A stretch of DNA of 64,000 nt, taken from positions 401,938-465,937 of the forward strand of contig CAWDUK010000004.1 of NCBI GenBank assembly GCA_963805565.1. The letters are read 5' to 3'. A program made the position numbers and the translations under genes. This document shows positions 17,899 to 27,183 of this stretch, piece after piece; the stretch's first letter is position 1; every line of letters begins with the position of its first letter. The notes under the pieces are model-generated. The model had not been told where the DNA came from and did not search any database. It saw nothing but the letters and a program-made list of their open reading frames with translations. Origin of the DNA: an uncultured Actinomycetota bacterium. GTDB taxonomy: Bacteria > Actinomycetota > Thermoleophilia > Solirubrobacterales > Solirubrobacteraceae.

Positions 17899-19845
17899 TC
17901 ACGATCTGGCCGCCACCTGATCGAGCAGCCGCTTTGAGATCTCGCTCAGCGGGGCGCTGCCCTCATCGCCATGCTGGCGCTCCCGGACGGAGACGGCGCG
18001 CTCCTGCGCCTCGCGCTCGCCGACGATCAGCATGTAGGGCACCTTGGAGATCTCGGCGTCTCTGACCTTGCGCCCGAGCGACTCGCCGCGATCGTCCAGA
18101 TGCACCCGCAATCCCTGTGAGCGCAGCAGATCGGCCACCTCGCGTGCATAGGCGGCGGCCGGCTGCGAGATGCTCAGCACGCTCGCCTGCACGGGCGAGA
18201 GCCACAACGGCAGCAGTCCGGCGTAGTGCTCGATCAGGATGCCGATGAAGCGCTCGAAGGAGCCGAGCAGCGCCCTGTGGATCATCACCGGACGGTGCTC
18301 CGCGTTGTCGGCGCCGGTGTATGCGAGATCGAAGCGCTCCGGCATCATGTAGTCGAGCTGAACCGTTCCCAACTGCCACGAGCGGCCGATCGAGTCGGTC
18401 ATGTGCAGGTCGATCTTGGGGCCGTAAAAGGCGCCGTCGCCGGGGTTGAGCTCGTAATCCAGGCCCTGGGATGCCAAAGCGTCGGCCAGCGCCTGCTCGG
18501 CCAGGTCCCACATCGAGTCGTCTCCGATTCGCTTCTCGGGACGGGTCGAGAGCTCAAGACGTGGTTGAAAGCCGAAGATCTCGTAGATCGCGAAACCGAA
18601 CCTCAGGCACTCCACCACCTCCTGCTCGACCTGCTCCTGGGTGCAGAAGATGTGCGCGTCGTCCTGGGTGATGTGGCGCACGCGCAGCAGGCCGTGCAGC
18701 ACGCCGCTGGGCTCATGACGATGGACCAGACCTGCCTCGGAGTAGCGGATAGGCAGGTCGCGGTAGGAGCGGCGCTCGTCCTTGTAGATCTGGATGTGGG
18801 CCGGGCAGTTCATGGGCTTCAGGCCCATGGGCCGATTCTCGACCTCGGTGAAATACATGTTCTCCTTGTACTTCTCCCAGTGCCCTGACTGCTTCCAGAG
18901 ATCGACGTCGTAGAGGATCGGCGTCTTGACCTCGCGGTAGCCGCGGCGGCGGTTCTCGGTGCGCCACAGGTCGGTCAGCTCGTTCCAGATCACCATGCCC
19001 GCGGGCTTCCAGAACGGGCTGCCCGGGGAGAGCTCGGAGAAGGAGAAGAGGCCGAGCTCGCGGCCGAGGCGACGGTGGTCTCGGGCGCGCGCCTGCTCCA
19101 AGCGCTCCAGGTGCTCCGCCAGCTGCGCCTTGGTGAAGAACGCGGTGCCGTAGATACGGGTGAGCATTTGGCGCGAGGAGTCCCCGCGCCAGTAGGCGCC
19201 GGCGACCGACTGCAACTTGAAAGCGCCGATGCTTGCGGTGCTGGGGGCATGCGGGCCCCGGCACAGGTCCGTGAAGGGGCCATTCTGGTAGAGCGAAACG
19301 GTCTCGGTGCCCGCGTTCCTGACGAGATCGTCGATCAGCTCCACCTTGTAATCCTGACCTTCGGAGAGGAACCGCTCCCGCGCGTCGGTCACCGACACAT
19401 CGCTGCGAAGAAACGGCTCTGCCGCCTTGACGTGCTCGCGCATCCGCTCTTCGATCGCCGGGAAGGCGTCCTCGGAGAGGCTCACGCCTTCGGGGAAGTC
19501 GAAGTCGTAGTAGAAGCCCCCTTCGATCGCGGGGCCGATCGAGATCTTGACGCCCGGGTAGAGCTCCATCACCGCAGCGGCCAGCACGTGCGCGGCGTCG
19601 TGGCGGATCAGCTCCAGCGCCGGCGGGCCGCTCTTGGCGGTCACGATCTCGATCCGCGCACCGTCGGGCAGGGGCAGCGCCATGTCGCGCGTCTGCGGCT
19701 GCTCCCCCACCTCGGGGTGGCTGACACGCACCGCGAGCGCCGCTTTGGCAAGCCCAGGCCCGATTGCGGCGGCCGCGTCGGCGCCGGTGGCGCCGTCTTG
19801 CAGGTCGAGCTCTTTCCCGTCGGGGAGTGTGGCCTTCAGCGACAT
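17899..19845 (-). CDS. thrS: Threonine--tRNA ligase
   Basis: 648 aa with TGS, editing, class II catalytic (...FRVRHITQDDAHIF...) and anticodon-binding domains. Confidence 0.97.
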   Translation of the reverse strand: MSLKATLPDGKELDLQDGATGADAAAAIGPGLAKAALAVRVSHPEVGEQPQTRDMALPLPDGARIEIVTAKSGPPALELIRHDAAHVLAAAVMELYPGVKISIGPAIEGGFYYDFDFPEGVSLSEDAFPAIEERMREHVKAAEPFLRSDVSVTDARERFLSEGQDYKVELIDDLVRNAGTETVSLYQNGPFTDLCRGPHAPSTASIGAFKLQSVAGAYWRGDSSRQMLTRIYGTAFFTKAQLAEHLERLEQARARDHRRLGRELGLFSFSELSPGSPFWKPAGMVIWNELTDLWRTENRRRGYREVKTPILYDVDLWKQSGHWEKYKENMYFTEVENRPMGLKPMNCPAHIQIYKDERRSYRDLPIRYSEAGLVHRHEPSGVLHGLLRVRHITQDDAHIFCTQEQVEQEVVECLRFGFAIYEIFGFQPRLELSTRPEKRIGDDSMWDLAEQALADALASQGLDYELNPGDGAFYGPKIDLHMTDSIGRSWQLGTVQLDYMMPERFDLAYTGADNAEHRPVMIHRALLGSFERFIGILIEHYAGLLPLWLSPVQASVLSISQPAAAYAREVADLLRSQGLRVHLDDRGESLGRKVRDAEISKVPYMLIVGEREAQERAVSVRERQHGDEGSAPLSEISKRLLDQVAARS

Positions 19846-19876
19846 CGACGCGCAGGCTACCTGTTGCGAGCTGCGC

Positions 19877-20755
19877 TCAGACGGCTACCCAAAGCGCGTC
19901 GTTGCCCAGGGGCACGCGCCGTGCGCTTCCTTCGCCGAGGAGCGCGATCAGCGCCGCCTCGGCAGCGGTCTTGTCGGGAGGCGTGTTGTTGGGCGCCATG
20001 ATCGCGGCGACCTCCTGGGTGACAAGGCCATCCGGGAAGCTCTGCAACGCGGCCAGCGGTGACTCTGGCGGCTCCCGCCGATCAAGCGAGGTGTCGAGGT
20101 TGGCGATCGCGAGGTCGTACGCCTCCACCGGCTGAAAGCCGCCCGCCTCGATCCGGCGCTCGCCGGAGGCGAATATCAGCGAGGGGGCCGAATAGCGCAC
20201 CGGGCCGTCGGTCTGGCGCGCCTTGCCCTGGAAGTGCGTGGGGCCGCCCTCAGCGGTGCGGGTCTCATCCTTGTCGGCCTCGTAGGCAGCGATCACCTCG
20301 GGATCGTCGATCGCCGCGACCACGGCGTCTGCGTCCAGGCCGGGGATATCCGCCAGCGCCTGGGCGATGTCTCCATCCTGATCGAGCAGCAGCGTCGAGG
20401 TGAACCAGGCGAACTGGAGCGCCCGCAGCACCGCAAGCTCGCGGTCGGGTGCGATCCGCCGCGCGGCGACGATCGCCCGGCAGGCGCGCGCAGTGGCCAG
20501 CACCCGTGCGCGCGGCGTGGCGCCGAAGGGCATGCCGTAGCGGTCGCGGAAGAGCAGGCTTCCCTGGGTGGCGCGGACCGGCGTGTACCCGCGCGCGACA
20601 TAGCCGGAGGGATCCTCCATCAGGCCGATCATCACGAGCCGCCAGTGCAGCTGGTCGCCGTAGCGCCAGCGCAGCACCGCCAAAGCCGGGTTCTCCGAGT
20701 AGGCCCATGGGCAGCCCGGGTCGGTGAAGCAGGTGACGTCGATGCTTGCGGCCAC
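19877..20755 (-). CDS. DsbA-family thioredoxin-fold protein (CPWA variant)
   Basis: 292 aa, GTG start, N-terminal ...VTCFTDPGCPWAYSENP... (motif at 20702-20713). Confidence 0.75.
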   Translation of the reverse strand: MAASIDVTCFTDPGCPWAYSENPALAVLRWRYGDQLHWRLVMIGLMEDPSGYVARGYTPVRATQGSLLFRDRYGMPFGATPRARVLATARACRAIVAARRIAPDRELAVLRALQFAWFTSTLLLDQDGDIAQALADIPGLDADAVVAAIDDPEVIAAYEADKDETRTAEGGPTHFQGKARQTDGPVRYSAPSLIFASGERRIEAGGFQPVEAYDLAIANLDTSLDRREPPESPLAALQSFPDGLVTQEVAAIMAPNNTPPDKTAAEAALIALLGEGSARRVPLGNDALWVAV

Positions 20756-20766
20756 GGCTGCTCATC

Positions 20767-21645
20767 CTAGAACGCTGCCGGCTGCGCAAGCCCGGTCTGC
20801 TGTTCGCTGAGGTCCCACAGCTTCGCCGCGGCCTCCATATCTTGGGCCGCTTTCGTTGGCCGCCCGAGCTTCTCGTCGACGAAGTAGCCGCCGTCGCCCT
20901 CGATCTCGGGTGTGTCGGCAAGCCAGACCAGCGTGCGGGCGCCGCGCTCGGTACTGCGCGAAAACGGCTTGATCGCGACCATCGCGAGACCCATCAGCGC
21001 GCCGTTGTTGCGGTTGAAGCCGCTGGCGACCAGGCCGGGGTGAAAGCAGTAGGCGCTCACGCCGGTCCCCTGCAGGCGCCTGGCCAGCTCGGCGGTGAAG
21101 AGAATGTTGGCGAGCTTGGTCTGCCCGTAGCGCTCGAAGCCGAGCTTGCCGTAGGAGCGCTCGGCGCCAAGGTCGTCGAACGGGATCCGGCTGCCCTTGT
21201 GCGCGTCGGAGGATGTTGTGATCACGCGCGCGGGCGCGCTCGCCTTCAACCGATCGATCAGCAGGTTGGTCAGCAGAAACGGGGCCAGATGGTTGAGTGC
21301 CCAGGTCTGCTCGAAGCCCTCCGCTGTCAGCTGGCGGTCGGTGAACATCGCGCCGGCGTTGTTGATCAGCACGTCGATGCGGGGGAGGCGTGAAAGCGCC
21401 TGCTCCGCCATCTCCCGCACCGAGCTCTGCAGTGCCAGATCCGCGTTCAGCACCTGCACCTCCGCAGACCCGCCGGCGGCCTGCGTTATCTCAGCCACCG
21501 CCGCCTGCGCGCGCTGCTCGCTGCGGGCGACGATCGCGAGCTTCGCGCCGCGTCGCGCAAGCTCCTTGGCCGCCGCCAGCCCGATCCCGTTCGTGGCGCC
21601 AGTCATCAGCACCTGCTTGCCTGCCACCCCGCTCCACTGCGTCAT
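20767..21645 (-). CDS. Short-chain dehydrogenase/reductase
   Basis: ...GKQVLMTGATNGIGLAAAKELARRGA...NNAG...SSDAHK.... I preferred ATG 21645, which has GGAGG 5 nt upstream, over the ORF-track start at 21699. Confidence 0.85.
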   Translation of the reverse strand: MTQWSGVAGKQVLMTGATNGIGLAAAKELARRGAKLAIVARSEQRAQAAVAEITQAAGGSAEVQVLNADLALQSSVREMAEQALSRLPRIDVLINNAGAMFTDRQLTAEGFEQTWALNHLAPFLLTNLLIDRLKASAPARVITTSSDAHKGSRIPFDDLGAERSYGKLGFERYGQTKLANILFTAELARRLQGTGVSAYCFHPGLVASGFNRNNGALMGLAMVAIKPFSRSTERGARTLVWLADTPEIEGDGGYFVDEKLGRPTKAAQDMEAAAKLWDLSEQQTGLAQPAAF

Positions 21646-21701
21646 CTCCGCCTCCGCTCCTCGCATGTTCGGACCTCGGCGAGGGTACAGTGGAGACACG
21701 C

Positions 21702-22625
21702 ATGAAGCTCGACGGCATACATCACATAACCGCGATCACCGGCGATGCGCCCGCCAACGTCGAGTTCTATGCCGGCGTGCTCGGCCTGCGCTTGGTCAAG
21801 AAGACCGTCAACCAGGACGACCCCACCGTTTACCACCTCTTCTACGCGGACGAGAAGGGCTCGCCGGGCGCCGACCTCACCTTCTTCGAGTATCCGCACG
21901 CCGCGCGCGGTGTGCCGGGCGCCGGGATGGTTCACCGCATCGTTTGGCGCGTGGCCTCGCCTACGGCGCTCGACTTCTGGGAGCAGCGGCTGGCAGCGCA
22001 CGGGACCGCAAGCCGGCGCGAGGGCGAGACCCTGCGCTTCAGCGATCCTGAGGGACTCGACCACGAGCTCGCGATCGACATCAGCGGCGATGCGCCGCTG
22101 ATCGCCGACACCCCCGGCGTCCCCGCCGAGCATGCGCTGCGCGGCTTTGCGGGCGTGCACGCCTACGCGCAGGACCCCGCCGTCAGCGAGGCGCTGCTGG
22201 CGCAAACCCTTGGCTTCGAGCACGATGGCGAGAGCCGCTGGCTGATAGAGGGAGAGAATCGCCACGGCTTCTACTGCTACGACCCGGCGCCCGCCGAGCA
22301 CCCTCGCCAGGGCGCCGGCAGCGTGCACCACATCGCCTTCGCCTCCTCGATGGACGACCACGAGGCATGGCGACAGCGCGTCGCGGCCGCCGGGCAGCGG
22401 CCCACACCCGTGATCGACCGTTTCTACTTCCGCTCGATCTACTTCCGGGAGCCGAGCGGCGTGCTTTTCGAGATCGCCACGATTGGGCCCGGCTTCAGCT
22501 CAGACGAGGATGCCGCGCACCTCGGCGAGCGGCTCTCGCTGCCGCCGCGCTTCGAGCCCCTGCGATCGCGCCTGGAGCAGACGCTGAGGCCGCTGCCCAA
22601 CCCGCGTGCTGCGACGGTCGGCTAG
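21702..22625 (+). CDS. Ring-cleaving dioxygenase, VOC/glyoxalase superfamily (MhqO-like)
   Basis: ATG 21702 lies inside ORF 21390-22625. MKLDGIHHITAITGDAPANVEFYAGVLGLRLVKKTVNQDDPTVYHLFYADEKGSPGADLTFFEYP... shows the two-VOC-module architecture; 307 aa. Confidence 0.85.
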   Translation: MKLDGIHHITAITGDAPANVEFYAGVLGLRLVKKTVNQDDPTVYHLFYADEKGSPGADLTFFEYPHAARGVPGAGMVHRIVWRVASPTALDFWEQRLAAHGTASRREGETLRFSDPEGLDHELAIDISGDAPLIADTPGVPAEHALRGFAGVHAYAQDPAVSEALLAQTLGFEHDGESRWLIEGENRHGFYCYDPAPAEHPRQGAGSVHHIAFASSMDDHEAWRQRVAAAGQRPTPVIDRFYFRSIYFREPSGVLFEIATIGPGFSSDEDAAHLGERLSLPPRFEPLRSRLEQTLRPLPNPRAATVG

Positions 22626-22655
22626 CGCCGAATTTCTTTAGCAGACCAGTCTCCC

Positions 22656-23957
22656 TCAGCGTCCTAGCAAGCCCCGCCACCGGGCGATGCCTCCACTGCG
22701 ACTAGCCGCAATGTATAGGTCGCCACGTCCGTCGACGCGAAATTCGGCTGGGCGTGGCCAGTCAATGCGGTCGCTTAGATAAGCGCGCAGTTCCAGCTCG
22801 ATCAGCTCGTCTGTCCAGCGTGGCGGTCGGCCACGGCCGACGGCCGCTCTCGTTGTGCGCACCGCGCCAGGGAATGCGTATCGGGTATTCGGTCCATGCC
22901 CGCGTATGAGCAGCATGCCGTGGCCGACGAGCTTCTGCAGGTCGGTGATTGCGGTGGTGCGCTTGACGTTCGCAGCTCGTTCGTATTCACTGCGGACAAA
23001 CTCGCGCCGGCCTTCGATGCGCAGGCGTGTGAGGGCGCGTTGTTGGGAGGGGCTGAGCTGCAGTGGCGTAGATCCGCCGGGGGTGAGCTCGCTGAGGTCT
23101 TCGATCGTCGTGGTGACCCGCTCGTACTCCTCGGCGAGACCGCGCAGGAAGTAGTGCAGCCAGTGCTCCATGTTCAGCGTTCGCTCGCGCACGGAGCGCA
23201 GGGCCGCGTAGTAGGCGCTGCGGTCCTCGGCGTAGTAGCGCTCGAAGGAGAACATCCGGCCGGGAAGAAGGCCGGCCTTCATCAGCAGCGCGACCTGGAA
23301 CAGGCGAGCGATGCGACCGTTGCCATCGGTGAAGGGGTGTATCTCGGTGATGCCGTAGTGCATGACGCCCGCAATCACGAACGGGGGATAGTCCTCGCGC
23401 GCCGACATCTGCCACAGCCACTCGAACATGCCTGTCATCCTCCGCTCGACCTCCTCCGCGGGAGGTCCCTCGTGCATCACGGTCTGGGTGATCCTGTCCA
23501 CCACGAACGCTTGGCCATCGCGCCACTGTCCCTCGTGGTAGGGCTTGAAGTGCGGGTCGTTCTCGCGGCCCAGGCCGCTGGTGGTCGCCGTGTGCAGTTC
23601 CTTCAGGAACGCGGGGGTCAGCTCGAGCGAGGTACTGGCCAGGCGCGAGTCGATCAGGTCGAGCGCGTTTACGTAGTTGACCAACTCGATCTTGGCGCGA
23701 GTGTCCTGAGCCAGCTGTCCGCGGGCGGCGCGTTCGGCCTCGATCAGCGGCAGCTCGTTGCCCTCGATCAGGTTCGAATAATGGACAGTTCCCACCCGCG
23801 CCGAGGCACGCAACTGATCGGCCACCGCAGGCAGCACGCGTGCGCCCCTGATTGTTCCCAGAGCGGTGTGGATGCGCGTCAGCAGCGTGAGTGCCTCTGG
23901 CGTCCAGCGCCGGAAGCGGGCCCTGAACTCGATCGCGGTGGATGAGCTCAAGATCAC
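22656..23957 (-). CDS. Fic-family AMPylase/adenylyltransferase, class II (intramolecular inhibitory helix)
   Basis: 433 aa, GTG start. The Fic motif is HPFTDGNGRIARL (23301-23339). The N-terminal inhibitory motif SNLIEG (23760-23777) fits (S/T)xxxE(G/N). There is a C-terminal wHTH-like region plus a ~60-aa extension. Confidence 0.9.
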   Translation of the reverse strand: MILSSSTAIEFRARFRRWTPEALTLLTRIHTALGTIRGARVLPAVADQLRASARVGTVHYSNLIEGNELPLIEAERAARGQLAQDTRAKIELVNYVNALDLIDSRLASTSLELTPAFLKELHTATTSGLGRENDPHFKPYHEGQWRDGQAFVVDRITQTVMHEGPPAEEVERRMTGMFEWLWQMSAREDYPPFVIAGVMHYGITEIHPFTDGNGRIARLFQVALLMKAGLLPGRMFSFERYYAEDRSAYYAALRSVRERTLNMEHWLHYFLRGLAEEYERVTTTIEDLSELTPGGSTPLQLSPSQQRALTRLRIEGRREFVRSEYERAANVKRTTAITDLQKLVGHGMLLIRGHGPNTRYAFPGAVRTTRAAVGRGRPPRWTDELIELELRAYLSDRIDWPRPAEFRVDGRGDLYIAASRSGGIARWRGLLGR

Positions 23958-24114
23958 AAAATCGCACGTTTTAGTTGCAAAAACAATGGCTCACACCCTA
24001 GCGTTATACAGATATCGAACGCTGAAGATCATAATATCGTGCCGGTCGGCGCAGCAGATGCCCGAACGCGCGTCGGCCTATGCGCCCTCGGGGCCAGGAC
24101 AGAAGCGCGGAGCG

Positions 24115-25211
24115 CTAGTGTCCTGAGTCTGAAATTCGTTCGCAATATGCTGCGAGTGTGTTGAGTATTTGCTCGGCGGTCTTGGTCCAGACGTAGGGGC
24201 GGGGGTTCTCGTTCCAGTGGTCCATCCAGTCGCGGATGTCGTGGTTGAGTTCGCGGACGGAGCGGTGTGTGCCGCGTCGGAGCTTGCGTGAGGTGAGCTC
24301 GCCGAACCAGCGCTCGACGAGGTTCAGCCACGATGAGCCGGTCGGGGTGAAGTGCAAATGGAACCGGGGGTGGGCCGCGAGCCAGCGCTTGATGGCGGGG
24401 TCTTGTGCGTTGAGTAGTTATCGAGGATGAGGTGCACGTCCAGGTCGGCGGGTACCTCGTCGTCGATCTTCTGAAGGAATTTCTTGAACTCGATCGCGCG
24501 GTGGCGCGAGTGCAGCGACCCGATCACCTTGCCCGAAGCCACATTCAACGCTGCGAATAGGCTGCTCGTGCCGTGACGCTTATAGTCGTGAGTGGCGCGC
24601 TCGGGGACACCGGGCATGATCGGGAGGATCGGCTGAGTGCGGTCCAGTGCTTGTATTTGACTCTTCTCGTCCACGCACAAGACCAGTGCTCGCTCAGGCG
24701 GATCCAGGTAGAGCCCGACGATGTCCCTGACCTTTTCGACGAACAACGGGTCCTTGGAGAGCTTCCAGTGCTCCACTCGGTGAGGCTGCAGCCCAAACGC
24801 CCGCCACACACGCGAGATCGTCGACTGCGAGAGCCCGGTCTTGGCGGCCATCTGGCGTGTGGACCAGTGCGTTCCTCCATCCGGCGGCGCGGTCTCCAAT
24901 GTTTTGACGATCACATCCTCGACGCGCTCATCAGCGACCGTCCTGGGACGCCCAGACCGCGGCTCGTCCACGAGCCCATCGAGCCTGTCGGCGAGAAACC
25001 GCCGCCGCCACTTCCCGACCGTCGCCGCGCTCACTGAAAGCCGGGCCGCGACCTCCTTGTTGGAGTGCCCATTCGCGCACGCAAGCACGATCTGCGAGCG
25101 CAACGCCAACCCCTGCGCGGTACGACGCCTACGAGTCCACCCCTGCAACTGCGCACACTCACCGTCAGTGAGCTCCAAAACCGCCTTCGGACGACCGAGA
25201 GTAGCAGCCAT
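24115..25211 (-). pseudogene. IS630-family DDE transposase interrupted by one frameshift
   Basis: ORFs 24324-25226 and 24115-24357 are two pieces of one protein. The sequence runs ...LILDNYSTHKTP | (frame change near 24394) | ...HLHFTPTGSSWLNLVERWF.... The break is inside the catalytic domain. The likely start is ATG 25211. Confidence 0.8.
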
Positions 25212-25257
25212 ACGGCATAATACCACACTTACTCCCCGAACTTAAGACTCAGGACAC
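24118..25257 (-). mobile_element. IS630-family insertion sequence (1140 bp) with TA target-site duplication
   Basis: The terminal inverted repeats GTGTCCTGAGTCT (24118-24130) and AGACTCAGGACAC (25245-25257) are a perfect 13-bp match, extended imperfectly to about 21 bp. TA flanks lie at 24116-24117 and 25258-25259. The element encodes a single DDE transposase. Confidence 0.85.
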
Positions 25258-26117
25258 TAGAGCAGCACCTTGCGGCGGAAGTTGCGCAGCCCCAGCGCCA
25301 GGAAACCTACGCAGAAGGCGATCAGCACCGGGTAGATCGCGTACAGCGGCATGTGCGAGGCGTCTGTCAGCGCCGCACGCATCCCCTCGGTCACGTAGAT
25401 CAGCGGGTTGATCAGCACGATGATCTGCAGCCAGTGGATGCCATCCACCTGCACGGGCGAAAGGCGGGTCCACTGGTAGTAGGTGCCGCCGAGGAAAGTG
25501 AGCGGCAGAACCACGAAGCCGAACATCAGGCCGATGTTGCGCGGCTCGAAGGTGGTGCCGAGCAGCAGCCCCAGCGAGGTCATCGCCACGCATGCCAGCG
25601 GGATCAACGTCAGCGTCACGAGCCAGTGCACGTCGAGGTTCGCTTCCACCCCGCCGGCATGGATCACCGCCGCAATCGGAAACACGATCACCGCCGCGAT
25701 CACGCCCTGCACCGCCCCGGAGAGCACCTTGGAGGCGGCAACCAGCCAGATCGGGCAAGGAGCCTGCACGCGGTCCTCGATCTCGCGGGTGTAGCCGAAC
25801 TCGGTGGAGAGCTGAAGCGCCACCGCCTGGATGCCCTGGAACATGATCGAGATCGCCACCACGCCCGGGACGAGCACCGTGGCGAAATGGGACTCGGCCA
25901 CCGCCCCGCCCCCGCCGCCGACGCCCTGGCCGATGCTGGGAAAGACGTAGAGGAAGACGAAGACCAGCAGGAAAGGCTGGATCACGGTGCGCACGACGAA
26001 CTCGCCGAAGTGCTTGCGCAGCACCACGAGGTCGCGCGCCACCAGCCCCTTCATCGCCGACCAGCTGGCGGCCGCGCTGGTGCGCTGCGGTGAGATCGAG
26101 ATCGTCGTGGAGGCCAT
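25257..26117 (-). CDS. ABC-2 type exporter permease
   Basis: 286 aa with six hydrophobic helices and the typical ABC-2 layout. Its ATG overlaps the ATPase stop by 1 nt (TGATG). Its TAG stop includes the TA of the IS630 target duplication. Confidence 0.85.
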   Translation of the reverse strand: MASTTISISPQRTSAAASWSAMKGLVARDLVVLRKHFGEFVVRTVIQPFLLVFVFLYVFPSIGQGVGGGGGAVAESHFATVLVPGVVAISIMFQGIQAVALQLSTEFGYTREIEDRVQAPCPIWLVAASKVLSGAVQGVIAAVIVFPIAAVIHAGGVEANLDVHWLVTLTLIPLACVAMTSLGLLLGTTFEPRNIGLMFGFVVLPLTFLGGTYYQWTRLSPVQVDGIHWLQIIVLINPLIYVTEGMRAALTDASHMPLYAIYPVLIAFCVGFLALGLRNFRRKVLL

Positions 26118-27109
26118 CAGTCGCGCAGCTCCTTGCCCGTGAGGTGGATGAACACGGTCTCCAGGCTCGGCTCGGAGACTGAGAGGTCGACCAGGTCAAC
26201 GCCGGCGGCCTCCGCTGCAGCCACCATCCGCGGCGCAAGCCGATCCACCCCGGTGACGTGAACCTCCACGCCGCCCTCGATCGTGCGCGTGCGGGTGACG
26301 CCATCGATCTCAGCGGCGATCCGCGTGCTCAGCGCCTCGGCGTCGCCGTTCACCTTCAGCGTCACGATCGTGTCGGCCCCCACCGACTGCTTGAGCGCCT
26401 CCGGCGTGTCGAGCGCGAGGATCTTGCCGTGGTCCATGATCGCAACGCGCTGGCAGAGCCGGTCGGCCTCCTCCATGTAATGGGTGGTGAGCAGGATCGT
26501 CTGCCCGTCTGCGTGCAGCTGCTCGAGGATCTCCCACAGCGCCAAGCGGCTCTGGGGATCGAGGCCGGCGGTCGGCTCGTCCATGAACAGCACCGCGGGG
26601 CGGTGGAATATCGCACGCGCGACCATCAGCCGCTGCGCCATCCCGCCGGAGAGCGCGTAGACCGACGCCTTGGCCCACTTGGAGAGGCGGAACTGCTCGA
26701 GCAGCCGATCGGCGATCGCGCGCGACTCCTGGACGGAGATGCCGAACAGGCGTCCGTGGAAGTAGAGGTTCTCCCACACCGTCAGCTGCCGGTCGAGCGT
26801 GTTCTGCTGGGAGACGACGCCGATCAGCTGCTTGGCCAGCGCGGGCTGGGCCACGACGTCCACTGTGCCCACCCAGGCATCCCCGGAGGTCGGGATCACG
26901 CGCGTGGTCAGCATCCCGGCGGTGGTGGTCTTGCCCGCGCCATTGGGCCCAAGCAGACCGAAGATCTCGCCGCGCGCGACGTTCAGCGTGAGCTGGTCGA
27001 CGGCCGCGAAGTCAGCGCCGTCGTAGACCTTGGTCAGCTCCCGGGTCCTGATCACCGCCTCGCCGGTGGCGGCCTCGGTGCTCGCGAGCGTCGACTCCGT
27101 TATCGCCAT
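26117..27109 (-). CDS. ABC transporter ATP-binding protein (DrrA-like)
   Basis: 330 aa with Walker A GPNGAGKTT, signature LSGGMAQR and Walker B LFMDEP. Confidence 0.93.
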   Translation of the reverse strand: MAITESTLASTEAATGEAVIRTRELTKVYDGADFAAVDQLTLNVARGEIFGLLGPNGAGKTTTAGMLTTRVIPTSGDAWVGTVDVVAQPALAKQLIGVVSQQNTLDRQLTVWENLYFHGRLFGISVQESRAIADRLLEQFRLSKWAKASVYALSGGMAQRLMVARAIFHRPAVLFMDEPTAGLDPQSRLALWEILEQLHADGQTILLTTHYMEEADRLCQRVAIMDHGKILALDTPEALKQSVGADTIVTLKVNGDAEALSTRIAAEIDGVTRTRTIEGGVEVHVTGVDRLAPRMVAAAEAAGVDLVDLSVSEPSLETVFIHLTGKELRD

Positions 27110-27157
27110 CGCGTCTCATGATCGCGCATTCGCGCGTGGCCGCGGGAAGCGGCCGTG

Positions 27158-27179
27158 GGTCCCGGCGCCCGGCGGGACC
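27158..27179 (-). terminator. Weak candidate hairpin between the propeller gene and the ABC ATPase gene
   Basis: GGTCCCG / CGGGACC forms a 7-bp stem with an 8-nt loop, 5 nt downstream of the stop at 27184. There is no U-tract. Confidence 0.2.
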
Positions 27180-27183
27180 GCGC

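Noticed and set aside
24324-24357. The overlap of the two IS630 ORFs as a programmed ribosomal frameshift site
   Set aside because: The frame change occurs near 24394, inside the catalytic domain right after DNYSTHKTP, and not between the DNA-binding and catalytic domains. I saw no slippery heptamer. A single-base loss explains it.
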